Assembly (NCBI GenBank): GCA_945874665.1
Contig: CAMCHJ010000004.1
Span: 1,169-65,168, forward strand
Length of the DNA stretch: 64,000 nucleotides
Source of the DNA: Chitinophaga pinensis
GTDB lineage: Bacteria; Bacteroidota; Bacteroidia; UBA7662
Direction: 5' to 3'
Shown here: positions 8,263-17,544 of the stretch, piece by piece
Layout: the number at the start of each line of letters is the position of its first letter
Numbering within the stretch: the stretch's first letter is position 1
Translations under genes and position numbers: made by a program
Notes under the pieces: generated by a model
Told to the model about the DNA's origin: nothing
Databases searched by the model: none
What the model saw: only the letters and a program-made list of their open reading frames with translations

Positions 8263-10137
8263 TTATTGAAGCAACGCATCCACGCTCTGCCTTGCCACGG
8301 CATGATAATTAGGCCTTGCCTTGGTATAAATTTGTCGCGCCAAAGCGATTGAACCACCTTCTTTCATAGCACGGTAAGTAGGCATCAAAAACTTTCGACG
8401 TCCCACTTCTACCAAAAAAGACTCTAATGACTTGCCAAAAATTCCGTTTAGTTGCGCGTATTTAGGCTGGTGCTTCATTACATAAGCAAACCACACACTC
8501 AAAATTTCAGCATTGCGGCTGCTACTGAAATTAAACTGCTCGTCGAGGGCGGGTATCAGCTTGGCATCAGCGGCTGCAAATCCACGGATGAAATACACCC
8601 ATTCTTGTGTGCTCCAAGCAGCGTATTGCTGCTGTGGTAGACTTTCGCCAGCGATGAACTTGCTGCGCCAGCTGTCTACTTGAGTGAAACGGGGACTAGC
8701 CGGCTTTGGACAATCAGCAGGTAAGCCCGTGCCGTAAATCCAGTCTTGCAAATCGATACCCGCCAAGGCCTCAGCACCTAATGAATCAGTTAAAATTTGT
8801 ACAAAACGCTCCGTATGCATGCTGCTAAAGGCATTTTCGGTAAAATAAGTGCGTAAAAAGGCATCGAATTTAGCGCGACCAACCGTTTCATCAATCAAGC
8901 GCAGAAAGTGGTAACCTTTGTCGTACGCAATCGGACCAACCCCATCATCTGGGTCAGTACCCGCCATATTTGCTTTTAAACTTGTTTTGGCCAACTCGCC
9001 TTTGGCTGTTAAATCGGCAATTTCTTCTACCATATCGGCGTAGCCAATTCCGGCCAGCATCTCAGCAAAATCGGGGCCATAAACAGCCTCCATGATTCGG
9101 TTTTCGAAGTAAACGGTGAAGCCTTCATTCAACCAAAAATCGTCCCATGTGGCATTGGTTACCAAATTACCACTCCAACTATGTGCTAATTCATGGGCAA
9201 TGAGTGAAACGAGCGACCGATCGCCAGTGATGATGGTCGGGGTGGCAAAAGTCAAACGCGGATTCTCCATCCCTCCAAAAGGAAAAGAGGGCGGCAGCAC
9301 GAGCACATCGTATTTGCCCCAGGCGTAAGGCCCGTATAAGGCTTCGGCAGCCTCTAACATGGCTTCCATCTCCTCAAATTCATATACCGATTTTTCGAGC
9401 ATCGAAGGCTCAGCATACACCCCTGTTCGTGGCCCAACGGCTTTAAAGTCGATGTCGCCCACAGCCAGCGCCATGAGGTAGGCAGGCACCGGAATCTCCA
9501 TTTCGAAGCTGTAGCGGCCATCGGCACTGCGCTCTGTGGGATTGGTAGCGCTCATCAAGGCCATCATGCCCACAGGCACTTGGATGTCGGCTGTGTAACG
9601 GTAGCGAAGGCCCGGACTGTCTTGGCAGGGCAACCAGGTACGTGCCAAAATGGCCTGGCTTTGGGTAAATAAAAACGGCTGTTTTTTGCCTGCTGTTTGT
9701 GCTGGGTCGAGCCACTGCAAGGCCCTTGCGCCAGGCTGCGTGCTGTAAACAATGCGCACTTCTTGAGAAGTAGGTCGGAGTGGTAAGCGCAAAGGTTGTC
9801 CCAAAATGGCGTCCTTCTCCCCAAGCGAAAAGGCCACGGGGGCACCATCCACCAACACACTGTCGATATTGAGGTCGTAGGTGTCGAGTACCAAACTGTC
9901 GCCATGTTCGGGCGCCAACGTCCATACCGCTGCCCCGCGGAGCTGCTGCCGTTCAAAGTCTACGGTGAGCTGCAGGTGGAGCGCATCGACCCGGCTTTGT
10001 TCGGGACGCGCATAGCTATGTGGGTCGGCAATGTATGGCGATTCCATGGGAGTAGTGGTTTTATTGGAGGAACAAGCGGTAAAAAGCAACGGCCAACAAA
10101 AGGCCGCAACTAATTTGCGTAGCGTGTGGTGCTTCAT
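8263..10137 (-). CDS. M1-family aminopeptidase (leukotriene A4 hydrolase-like), probable lipoprotein
   Basis: GGMEN, HELAH...WLNEG zinc motif, lipobox-like LFTAC. Start set at MKHHTL. Confidence 0.92.
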   Translation of the reverse strand: MKHHTLRKLVAAFCWPLLFTACSSNKTTTPMESPYIADPHSYARPEQSRVDALHLQLTVDFERQQLRGAAVWTLAPEHGDSLVLDTYDLNIDSVLVDGAPVAFSLGEKDAILGQPLRLPLRPTSQEVRIVYSTQPGARALQWLDPAQTAGKKQPFLFTQSQAILARTWLPCQDSPGLRYRYTADIQVPVGMMALMSATNPTERSADGRYSFEMEIPVPAYLMALAVGDIDFKAVGPRTGVYAEPSMLEKSVYEFEEMEAMLEAAEALYGPYAWGKYDVLVLPPSFPFGGMENPRLTFATPTIITGDRSLVSLIAHELAHSWSGNLVTNATWDDFWLNEGFTVYFENRIMEAVYGPDFAEMLAGIGYADMVEEIADLTAKGELAKTSLKANMAGTDPDDGVGPIAYDKGYHFLRLIDETVGRAKFDAFLRTYFTENAFSSMHTERFVQILTDSLGAEALAGIDLQDWIYGTGLPADCPKPASPRFTQVDSWRSKFIAGESLPQQQYAAWSTQEWVYFIRGFAAADAKLIPALDEQFNFSSSRNAEILSVWFAYVMKHQPKYAQLNGIFGKSLESFLVEVGRRKFLMPTYRAMKEGGSIALARQIYTKARPNYHAVARQSVDALLQ

Positions 10138-10268
10138 GTGGTAAATATAAAGAGGCGAGGGCAATCTTAGTAGACGTCACGCAGTAAGGGCCATGGCTTT
10201 CTTGAGAAACAGGTGTTTAAGTTGATTTGGAGACAGTACACAGCATTTTTGGCCGAAGCTAGCCGTCA

Positions 10269-10310
10269 ACAAACGTTTAACAAACACTTACAAACGTATA
10301 CAAACGTTTA
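10269..10310. repeat. Four ACAAAC boxes spaced 11/10/10 bp upstream of the Rpn gene
   Basis: ACAAACGTTTA-ACAAACACTT-ACAAACGTAT-ACAAACGTTTA. Confidence 0.7.
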
Positions 10311-10345
10311 ACGTACGGTTATGGCTCGCGTTGCTACTGTACTTT

Positions 10346-11281
10346 ATGCCTATGCCAAAAATTACAGCATCGGAACGTACGTATGTGAGCTTTGATTGGG
10401 CCTTAAAGCGATTGCTTCGCAATAAAGCTAGTTTTGTAATCCTTGAAGGCTTTTTGACCGAGCTTTTGAAGCAAGAAATACAAGTGATCAGCTTACTTGA
10501 GTCGGAGAGCAATGCCGAAACTGAGTTTGACAAGATTAACCGTGTTGATTTATTATGCGAAAACCACCGAAAAGAATTAGTGATAATAGAGGTACAGTAC
10601 CACCGCGAATTAGACTATTTTCAGCGGATTTTATTTGGTGCCTCCAGGTTAATCTCCGAGTACCTCAAACGTGGAGCGCCTTATGAGGAAGTAAGGAAGC
10701 TTTATTCGGTTCATATTTTGTATTTTGATTTGGGACAAGGTACCGACTACGTTTATCATGGCTTGCTTGTGTTTAAAGGTCTGCGTAAGGGAGATGTACT
10801 AGGATTAAGTGCTAGTCAGCGAAACAAATACAATAAACAGCAAGCTGGAGAATTGTTCCCTGAGTATTATTTATTGAAAATTAATAACTTTGATGAAGTG
10901 GCTCGTGACACTTTGGATGAGTGGATTTATTATTTAAAAACCAGCAGTTTGCCGAAAGTTTTTCGTGCGCAAGGACTAGCCGAAGTGGAAGAGCAGTTAA
11001 ATTTTGATGCCATGACACCTGAAGTAAAAGCTAAGTACATGAAGCATTTAGAGGCTTTGAATATTTCTGAATCGATGCTTGAATCGGCTTATTTAGAAGG
11101 ACAAGCGGTATCGTTTGAGAACGGTAAAGTTGAAGGCAAGTTAGAAGGCATGCGAGCAGCACAGTGGTCAATGGTTAAGTCGGCTGCCGAACGGGGTTTG
11201 GCGGTAGATATAATTGCAAGTATTGTGGATGTGTCGGTAGAAGAAGTACAACGAATACTTGAGTCAAATGACGGGCAATGA
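10346..11281 (+). CDS. Rpn-family recombination-promoting nuclease / PD-(D/E)XK 'putative transposase'
   Basis: SFDWALKRLL, RVDLLC, IIEVQ nuclease motif, LDEWIYYLK, C-terminal GKVEGKLEG repeats. Start is ATG 10346 or 10352. Confidence 0.9.
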   Translation: MPMPKITASERTYVSFDWALKRLLRNKASFVILEGFLTELLKQEIQVISLLESESNAETEFDKINRVDLLCENHRKELVIIEVQYHRELDYFQRILFGASRLISEYLKRGAPYEEVRKLYSVHILYFDLGQGTDYVYHGLLVFKGLRKGDVLGLSASQRNKYNKQQAGELFPEYYLLKINNFDEVARDTLDEWIYYLKTSSLPKVFRAQGLAEVEEQLNFDAMTPEVKAKYMKHLEALNISESMLESAYLEGQAVSFENGKVEGKLEGMRAAQWSMVKSAAERGLAVDIIASIVDVSVEEVQRILESNDGQ

Positions 11282-11373
11282 GTAACAAAACGTGTGTCCT
11301 AAAAGCCTATCCTTTGTAGCTCAGACCACTTTTGTCTGTCCCTAAATAAGCTTAGGGAGGGCTTCAAAAGTTT

Positions 11374-12948
11374 TCAAATAACACCCCTGCCAAGTAACAT
11401 GTCAGCTGCTTTTTCTGCGATCATAATGGTTGGCGCTTGTGTATTGCCTCGGGTAATGGTGGGCATGATAGACGCGTCTGCAATGCGAATGCCCTCAAGT
11501 CCGTGAATACGTAATTGGTCATCTACAACAGCCTGTGCGTCATTGCCCATCTTGCAAGTGCCAACTGGATGGTACAGTAACTCTACATTTTCGCGGAGGT
11601 ACTGATCGATGGCAGCATCGTCTTCTAGGGCTGATTGTGGCATAAAAAGACCTTTTCGCCAAGGGGCTAACACTTCTTGTTGCATAATTTGCAGTGCCAT
11701 TTTAAAACCTGTTCGCAGTAATTGCAAGTCCTCTGCCACCTGAAACACCTGCGGATCGATGAGGGGTTTGTGGAAGTTGCTGGGGTCGAGACTGACCCTC
11801 CCGCGCGACTTGGGCTGCAGTAGTATGGGTGCCAACGACATGCCGTTGCCCTTTGGTTTGTTGAAGCCGTGATCGACAAAAAAAGCAGGAGCAAAATGCA
11901 GCTGTAAATCTGGGGCTGGTAAGTCTGGCCTGCTACGCAAAAAGCCACCACCTTCTGCTAAGTTACTGGTAAATGGACCTTTTTGAGTAAAAAGCCAACG
12001 GCTGAGGTTCCAAAGATTGTCGGCTGAATCGAGGGAAGCACGCCGAACTGTACGGTAAATTAAAGGAGCCACCGGGTGATCTTGTAAATTATGGCCAACG
12101 CCTGGCAGGTGATGCTGGGGTGCAATGCCAATGCTCTGGAGGTAGTGGTGGTCGCCAATTCCAGAGCGCAGCAATAGCAAAGGACTGTGGATGCTGCCTG
12201 CCGTTACAATTACTTCTTTGCGGACTTTGATCAAATGCATCCTGCCATGCAGCTGCACCCAAACGCCTGTTACGCGGGCACCATCGAGCTGCAAGCGCTC
12301 TACTTGTAGTCCTGTTTTGATGGTGAGGTTTTCTCGACCTCGAGCTGGGACGAGAAAGGCGTGGGCAGGACTGTGGCGTTTGCCATTTTTGATGTTTGCC
12401 TGATGGATGCCAACGCCTGCATCGGCATCAGCATTAAAATCGGCTAATTCCGCATGACCTGCATCTTTTGCTGCTGCTAAATAAAGCTGGGTAAGTGGGT
12501 GAGGCTGCTGACTGCTGATGTGCCATTCGCCCGTTTGTCCATGAAAGTCATTTCCTTGGAAGGAGCCATTGCACTCTGAGCGCTTAAAATAAGGCAAAAC
12601 CTCGTCGTAACTCCAGCCCTTATTACCCGCTGCCGCCCAGCCATCAAAATCGGCTCGGTGCCCGCGCATGTAAATCATGGCATTGATGGCTCCTGAACCA
12701 CCTAAGGTCTTTCCTCGAGGCACAAAGAGCTTTCGATTTGCAGCGCAGGCCTGCGGTTCGGTGTAAAAGCCATAGTCTATTTTGCTCTTAAATAGCTTGT
12801 AAAAGGCCGCTGGAATTTTGATATAAGGATGGCTATCGACAGGTCCGGCTTCTAAAAGAAGCACTTGCCGATCGCTATTTGCACTGAGGCGGTTGGCCAA
12901 AACACAGCCTGCGGAACCTCCGCCAACGATGATGTAATCGTATTCCAT
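11374..12948 (-). CDS. GMC oxidoreductase (choline dehydrogenase-like)
   Basis: YDYIIVGGGSAG FAD motif, RGKTLGGSGAINAM, YHPVGTCKMG, GNTQAPTIMIAEK. Confidence 0.92.
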   Translation of the reverse strand: MEYDYIIVGGGSAGCVLANRLSANSDRQVLLLEAGPVDSHPYIKIPAAFYKLFKSKIDYGFYTEPQACAANRKLFVPRGKTLGGSGAINAMIYMRGHRADFDGWAAAGNKGWSYDEVLPYFKRSECNGSFQGNDFHGQTGEWHISSQQPHPLTQLYLAAAKDAGHAELADFNADADAGVGIHQANIKNGKRHSPAHAFLVPARGRENLTIKTGLQVERLQLDGARVTGVWVQLHGRMHLIKVRKEVIVTAGSIHSPLLLLRSGIGDHHYLQSIGIAPQHHLPGVGHNLQDHPVAPLIYRTVRRASLDSADNLWNLSRWLFTQKGPFTSNLAEGGGFLRSRPDLPAPDLQLHFAPAFFVDHGFNKPKGNGMSLAPILLQPKSRGRVSLDPSNFHKPLIDPQVFQVAEDLQLLRTGFKMALQIMQQEVLAPWRKGLFMPQSALEDDAAIDQYLRENVELLYHPVGTCKMGNDAQAVVDDQLRIHGLEGIRIADASIMPTITRGNTQAPTIMIAEKAADMLLGRGVI

Positions 12949-13332
12949 ATTTCCTTCCAATGTACTAGAACACATGCAGTTGTCAAAACATTTTTTTATC
13001 AAGCGCTTCATCATCTTAGCTGTGGGTGTGAACGTGAACAAAAGCTAATGGGTAGCCATCGGTAAGCGCCTGCATCTTAATTGCTACTTCAAATAAAGAC
13101 AGGGCTATTTGGTAATTGTTTTGTAGCAGTGCTGGAGATTCAAATTGGATAAATTTTGCTTAAAGTGGTGGATGTCTTTTGCCTTAAATGCTATGAATAG
13201 TTAAATGGAAGGCCATTCTGTTTTTTTAGTTTAACTTGCATTTCTGGTCTGTGAGGACTTTAAATTCAATGGTCATTGTACATTTTTATCATCATACTCA
13301 TCATTACGATAGCTGGAGCTCGTGAAATATTA

Positions 13333-14367
13333 ATGTTGCCCGTATTTGGCGGTAAAGTAAAAGGCATCCGAAAACAAAAAGTGTTGGCTTCTCCGCATTT
13401 TTCAAACGGACAATTTCATAACCTCGTCGTTACGCCAGCCTTTACTGAAGGCTATAACATGTCGAAGGTGATGCGTGAATGGCTTTTCGACAGAGAAATC
13501 AAACGAACGCCGCCACTTCCTTTGCCTGCCATTAAAACCGATTTGCATACCCTCCAAAAAGAAGAGAATGTGCTCGTCTGGTTTGGTCATTCTTCTTATT
13601 ATTTCCAGTTAAATGGCGTTCGCTTTTTGGTAGATCCTGTACTCAGCGGCAGCGCTTCGCCTTTTGCTAAGGGCATTCCAGCTTTTGAGGGAAGCGATGG
13701 CTACAAGGCTGCGGACATACCCAACATCGACGTACTGCTCGTTACGCACGATCACTACGATCACCTCGACTACCCCACCATCCGAGCCCTTCTGCCCAAA
13801 ATAAATCAAGTGGTTTGCGGCCTCGGCGTTGGCGCGCACCTGCAACGCTGGGGCGTTTCAGCCGAGCAGCTGCACGAACTCGACTGGCATCAAACGCATC
13901 AAATCAATCCCCATATCCAACTCCATGCAGTGCCTACCCGCCACTTCTCAGGCCGTAGTCTCAAACGTAACAACACTCTCTGGCTTGGCTTTGTGGTCGA
14001 AACGCCTACTTATAAAATGTTCGTTGGGGGTGATAGTGGCTACGGGGAGCACTTTGAAGAAATTGGAGCCAAGCATGGTCCGCTTAACCTTGCCATCCTC
14101 GAAAACGGCCAGTACGACCGCAAATGGAAGTACATCCACATGCAACCCGAAGAAGTGCTGCTGGCCGCGCAGGACCTCCAGGCGCAAATGCTGCTGCCGG
14201 TTCACTCAGGTAAGTTCGCATTGGCCAATCACCCCTGGGACGAGCCGCTGCAACGCATTTATTCAGCTGCAAAACAACATCCAGAGGTGCAGCTGGTTAC
14301 GCCTAAAATTGGAGAAATACTCCAGCTGCAGAATCCCGCCCAAACCTATGCGGCCTGGTGGCAATAG
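13333..14367 (+). CDS. MBL-fold metallo-hydrolase (NAPE-PLD/RomA-like)
   Basis: WFGHSS, THDHYDHLD, HFSGR, GDSGY, IHMQPEE. Start uncertain (13276-13333). Confidence 0.88.
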   Translation: MLPVFGGKVKGIRKQKVLASPHFSNGQFHNLVVTPAFTEGYNMSKVMREWLFDREIKRTPPLPLPAIKTDLHTLQKEENVLVWFGHSSYYFQLNGVRFLVDPVLSGSASPFAKGIPAFEGSDGYKAADIPNIDVLLVTHDHYDHLDYPTIRALLPKINQVVCGLGVGAHLQRWGVSAEQLHELDWHQTHQINPHIQLHAVPTRHFSGRSLKRNNTLWLGFVVETPTYKMFVGGDSGYGEHFEEIGAKHGPLNLAILENGQYDRKWKYIHMQPEEVLLAAQDLQAQMLLPVHSGKFALANHPWDEPLQRIYSAAKQHPEVQLVTPKIGEILQLQNPAQTYAAWWQ

Positions 14368-14384
14368 TTAGCCGTTGTTGCCAA

Positions 14385-14732
14385 TTATTTGCTTTCCGCC
14401 TGTAAAGCATCCCAAAACTCCACTGCCCGACGCGTATGCGGAATCACAATGGTGCCGCCCACCAAATTGGCGATGCCCATTACTTCCATGAGCTCGGTCT
14501 CGGTAACGCCCAAAACATGACATTCTTGTACGTGATAGCGAATGCAATCGTCGCAACGCAGCACCATACTGGCCACTAAACCTAATAACTCTTTCGTTTT
14601 GGCATCTAAAGCACCCTCCTGATAAGCCGTGGTGTCGGCATTGTATATTTTTTGGATGGTCTTGTTTTTGCCAGCCAAAATGCGCTCGTTCATGCGAGCG
14701 CGGTAGTCGTTAAATTCGGTTACAATTGACAT
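14385..14732 (-). CDS. Carboxymuconolactone decarboxylase/AhpD-family protein
   Basis: LDAKTKELLGLVAS..LRCDDCIRYH (CxxC..H). Confidence 0.88.
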   Translation of the reverse strand: MSIVTEFNDYRARMNERILAGKNKTIQKIYNADTTAYQEGALDAKTKELLGLVASMVLRCDDCIRYHVQECHVLGVTETELMEVMGIANLVGGTIVIPHTRRAVEFWDALQAESK

Positions 14733-14851
14733 ATTTTTGGTTTTAAATAGGATTCAGCTGCGCTTCCACAAGTTATCGCCATACCGAACCCCGTCATGTA
14801 AAGATGTTTGTTTTGATGGGTAATGTTAGTTACTGTGGCACATTTTGACAC

Positions 14852-14879
14852 AAAAAAGCCCGGTTTCCCCGGGCTATTT
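14852..14879 (-). terminator. Intrinsic terminator after glgP
   Basis: Minus strand AGCCCGG-GGAAA-CCGGGCT-TTTTT. Confidence 0.8.
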
Positions 14880-14896
14880 GTGCTAAACATGGTGTT

Positions 14897-17455
14897 TTAA
14901 ATCCAACGCACCAAGTTAAAATCGTGGCGATAAGGCAGCAGTTTGTTGCTTGGTGTAATTCTGAAGCCGTAATCAAACACGCCGCTGCGGTTCATTGGCA
15001 GGTTGAGCTCGTACATCACCCGGCTACCAGCTACTTTCGATGGCTTTACTTCCTCGCGGTGTACAATGACATGTTTTTCTTCTTCACCCACTTTTTCGGC
15101 CACTATAACCTCCAACGACACATCGTCTTTGCTGAGGTGGTTGAGCTCCAAAGTGATTTTACCATTGAAATTTTGTCCTAGCTGCAAAGCGTTATTGAAC
15201 GTATCGAAAGTATCGATGGCCAACACCTGAATGTTGTCCCAGTTAAAGTACACCTTGGCTTTCCAATCGGCTAGCTTTTTGGCGTTTTCAAAGCCTTTGC
15301 CGCTCATGAGGTTGCCGCGCGTTTGCAGCTTGTTGTAAAACTTACTGTAATACTCATCGAGCATACGCTTCATGGTGAAGTGAGGCGCAATGCCAGCAAT
15401 GGTGTGCTTCATGCGACTGATCCAAGCTTGCGGCATGCCAGCTTCGTCACGCACAAAATAATCGGGAATCACCTGACTCTCAATAATGTTGTATAAGGTC
15501 TCGGCGTCGAGCTCGTCCTGAAAATCTTTGTTGCTGTAGGTCTCCTCTTCTGGCAATGCCCAGCCGCCTTCGGGTGTGTAACCCTCAGCCCACCAGCCAT
15601 CTAAAACGCTGAGGTTGAGTACGCCATTCATGGTGGCTTTCATGCCGGAGGTTCCGGAGGCTTCGAGCGGACGGGTAGGGGTGTTCAGCCATACGTCTAC
15701 GCCATGTACCAAACGGCGTGCTAAGGCCATGTCGTAGTTTTCGAGGAAGAAAATCTTACCTGCAAATTCAGGCATCTGCGATACCTCAATGATGCGCTTG
15801 ATAAGGGCTTGCCCACCCTGGTCTGCCGGGTGTGCCTTACCCGCAAATAAAAACTGCACAGGTCGCGCTTCGTTGCTTACTATTTTACTCAAACGGTCGA
15901 GGTTCGAAAACAACAGGTGCGCCCGTTTATAGGTCGCAAAACGCCGCGCAAAACCGATGATGAGGGCGTTTTCGTTGAGACTATTCACCACATTCATGAT
16001 TTTGCCAGGGCTTTCCTGGCGCAGCTGCAAATCACGTTGCATTTTTTTGCTCACCGAGTCAATCAAACGGCGCTTGAGCTGCAAACGGGTTTCCCACAAA
16101 TCTGCTGCAGGTACTTTGTGTATTTTTTCCCAATGCTTCGGATTGCTTTGGTCGTGGTGGAAGGTCTTTCCAAAGTGCTTTTCATACAACTTCTGGAACG
16201 AAATGCTGGTCCAAGTGTAATAGTGCACGCCATTCGTTACGTAATCCACATGCAACTCATCTTCTTCAAAGCCAGGCCAGAGCGGCTGCAGCATCTCGCG
16301 TGAAACCCGGCCGTGAATGCGACTTACGCCGTTTATTTCTTGGCTCAGGCGGGCTGCTAAATGACTCATGCTAAACAATTCTTCGTGCGCATATTCATGG
16401 ATCCGACCTAAGGCCATGAACTTATCCCAGCTGATTTGAAAAATCTCCGAATAGTTGTACAGATAAGACTTGAGGAGGTCTTCGTTAAAAGCATCGTGGC
16501 CAGCCGGCACCGGGGTGTGGGTGGTAAAGAGGGAGGATGATTTTACCACTTCCACGGCTTGGTGGAACGATAAGCCACTCTCTTGAACGAGCTTTTTTAC
16601 GCGCTCGAGACCGGTGAAGGCTGCATGGCCCTCGTTCATATGGCAAATTTCAGGCTTCACGCCCAAGGCATCCAGGGCTTTTACGCCACCAATGCCAAGT
16701 AAAAGTTCCTGTTTGAGGCGATTTTCCCAGTCGCCACCATACAACTGGTGCGAAATACTGCGATCACCCTCTTGGTTTTCTTCTAAATCGGTGTCGAGCA
16801 GGTACAAAGGCACCCGGCCTACGTCAATTTTCCAAACTTTGGCGTACAGGGTACGGCCTGGGAGTGGTATGTTTATTTTGACCCAGTTACCATCTGCATC
16901 CTTCACCGGCAATACTGGCAAATAACTGAATTTTTGCGGTTTGTAATTGGCTACTTGCTCCCCATAAGGAGAAAGACTTTGCTTGAAATAGCCGTAGCGG
17001 TACAATAAACCCACTGCTACGAGGTCGGAATTGCAGTCTGAGGCTTCCTTCAAATAGTCACCCGCCAAAACACCCAATCCACCCGAATACAGCTTTATTA
17101 CCGAATGCAAGCCGTATTCCATACAGAAATACGCAACTTTTGGTGTTTTGGCCGTCTTCGGCGCACTCATGTAGGCGTTAAACTCGTCGAGCACCGCCTT
17201 CATCTCAGCCATAAATGCTTTGTTGGCAATTAACTGCTGATATTGTTCAAAACTTAAACTATCAAGTAGTGATACTGGGTTGTGTTGTGAACGCTCCCAA
17301 AGCACGGGATCGATGGAATCGAAAAGCTCGATAGCACGGTAATTCCATGACCACCACAGGTTTTGCGCTAAAGTTCGCAGGGGCTCAAGCTGTTTGGGTA
17401 CTTCTGAACGTACTAAAACGCGCTTCCAAACCGGATCGTTATTCTTAGTTTGCAT
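14897..17455 (-). CDS. glgP: Alpha-glucan (glycogen/maltodextrin) phosphorylase
   Basis: YSGGLGVLAGD, HMNEGH, FARRFATYKR, PLP motif EASGTSGMK. Confidence 0.95.
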   Translation of the reverse strand: MQTKNNDPVWKRVLVRSEVPKQLEPLRTLAQNLWWSWNYRAIELFDSIDPVLWERSQHNPVSLLDSLSFEQYQQLIANKAFMAEMKAVLDEFNAYMSAPKTAKTPKVAYFCMEYGLHSVIKLYSGGLGVLAGDYLKEASDCNSDLVAVGLLYRYGYFKQSLSPYGEQVANYKPQKFSYLPVLPVKDADGNWVKINIPLPGRTLYAKVWKIDVGRVPLYLLDTDLEENQEGDRSISHQLYGGDWENRLKQELLLGIGGVKALDALGVKPEICHMNEGHAAFTGLERVKKLVQESGLSFHQAVEVVKSSSLFTTHTPVPAGHDAFNEDLLKSYLYNYSEIFQISWDKFMALGRIHEYAHEELFSMSHLAARLSQEINGVSRIHGRVSREMLQPLWPGFEEDELHVDYVTNGVHYYTWTSISFQKLYEKHFGKTFHHDQSNPKHWEKIHKVPAADLWETRLQLKRRLIDSVSKKMQRDLQLRQESPGKIMNVVNSLNENALIIGFARRFATYKRAHLLFSNLDRLSKIVSNEARPVQFLFAGKAHPADQGGQALIKRIIEVSQMPEFAGKIFFLENYDMALARRLVHGVDVWLNTPTRPLEASGTSGMKATMNGVLNLSVLDGWWAEGYTPEGGWALPEEETYSNKDFQDELDAETLYNIIESQVIPDYFVRDEAGMPQAWISRMKHTIAGIAPHFTMKRMLDEYYSKFYNKLQTRGNLMSGKGFENAKKLADWKAKVYFNWDNIQVLAIDTFDTFNNALQLGQNFNGKITLELNHLSKDDVSLEVIVAEKVGEEEKHVIVHREEVKPSKVAGSRVMYELNLPMNRSGVFDYGFRITPSNKLLPYRHDFNLVRWI

Positions 17456-17544
17456 AGATAATAAAAAAAGGATGTGTCAAAAGTAACAATTAATTAGCCT
17501 GCGAAATCCACATTTTTGCTGTGTTTTTAACGGGCATGGAGCAG

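Noticed and set aside
7832..8352. ORFs 7878-8312, 8152-8352 and 7832-8074
   Set aside because: They overlap the tRNA and terminator, and the repeated peptide simply mirrors the DNA repeat. The 115-bp second period shifts the frame.
10346..11281. Rpn gene as an IS element
   Set aside because: No terminal inverted repeats or target-site duplication are visible, and the family is not shown to transpose.
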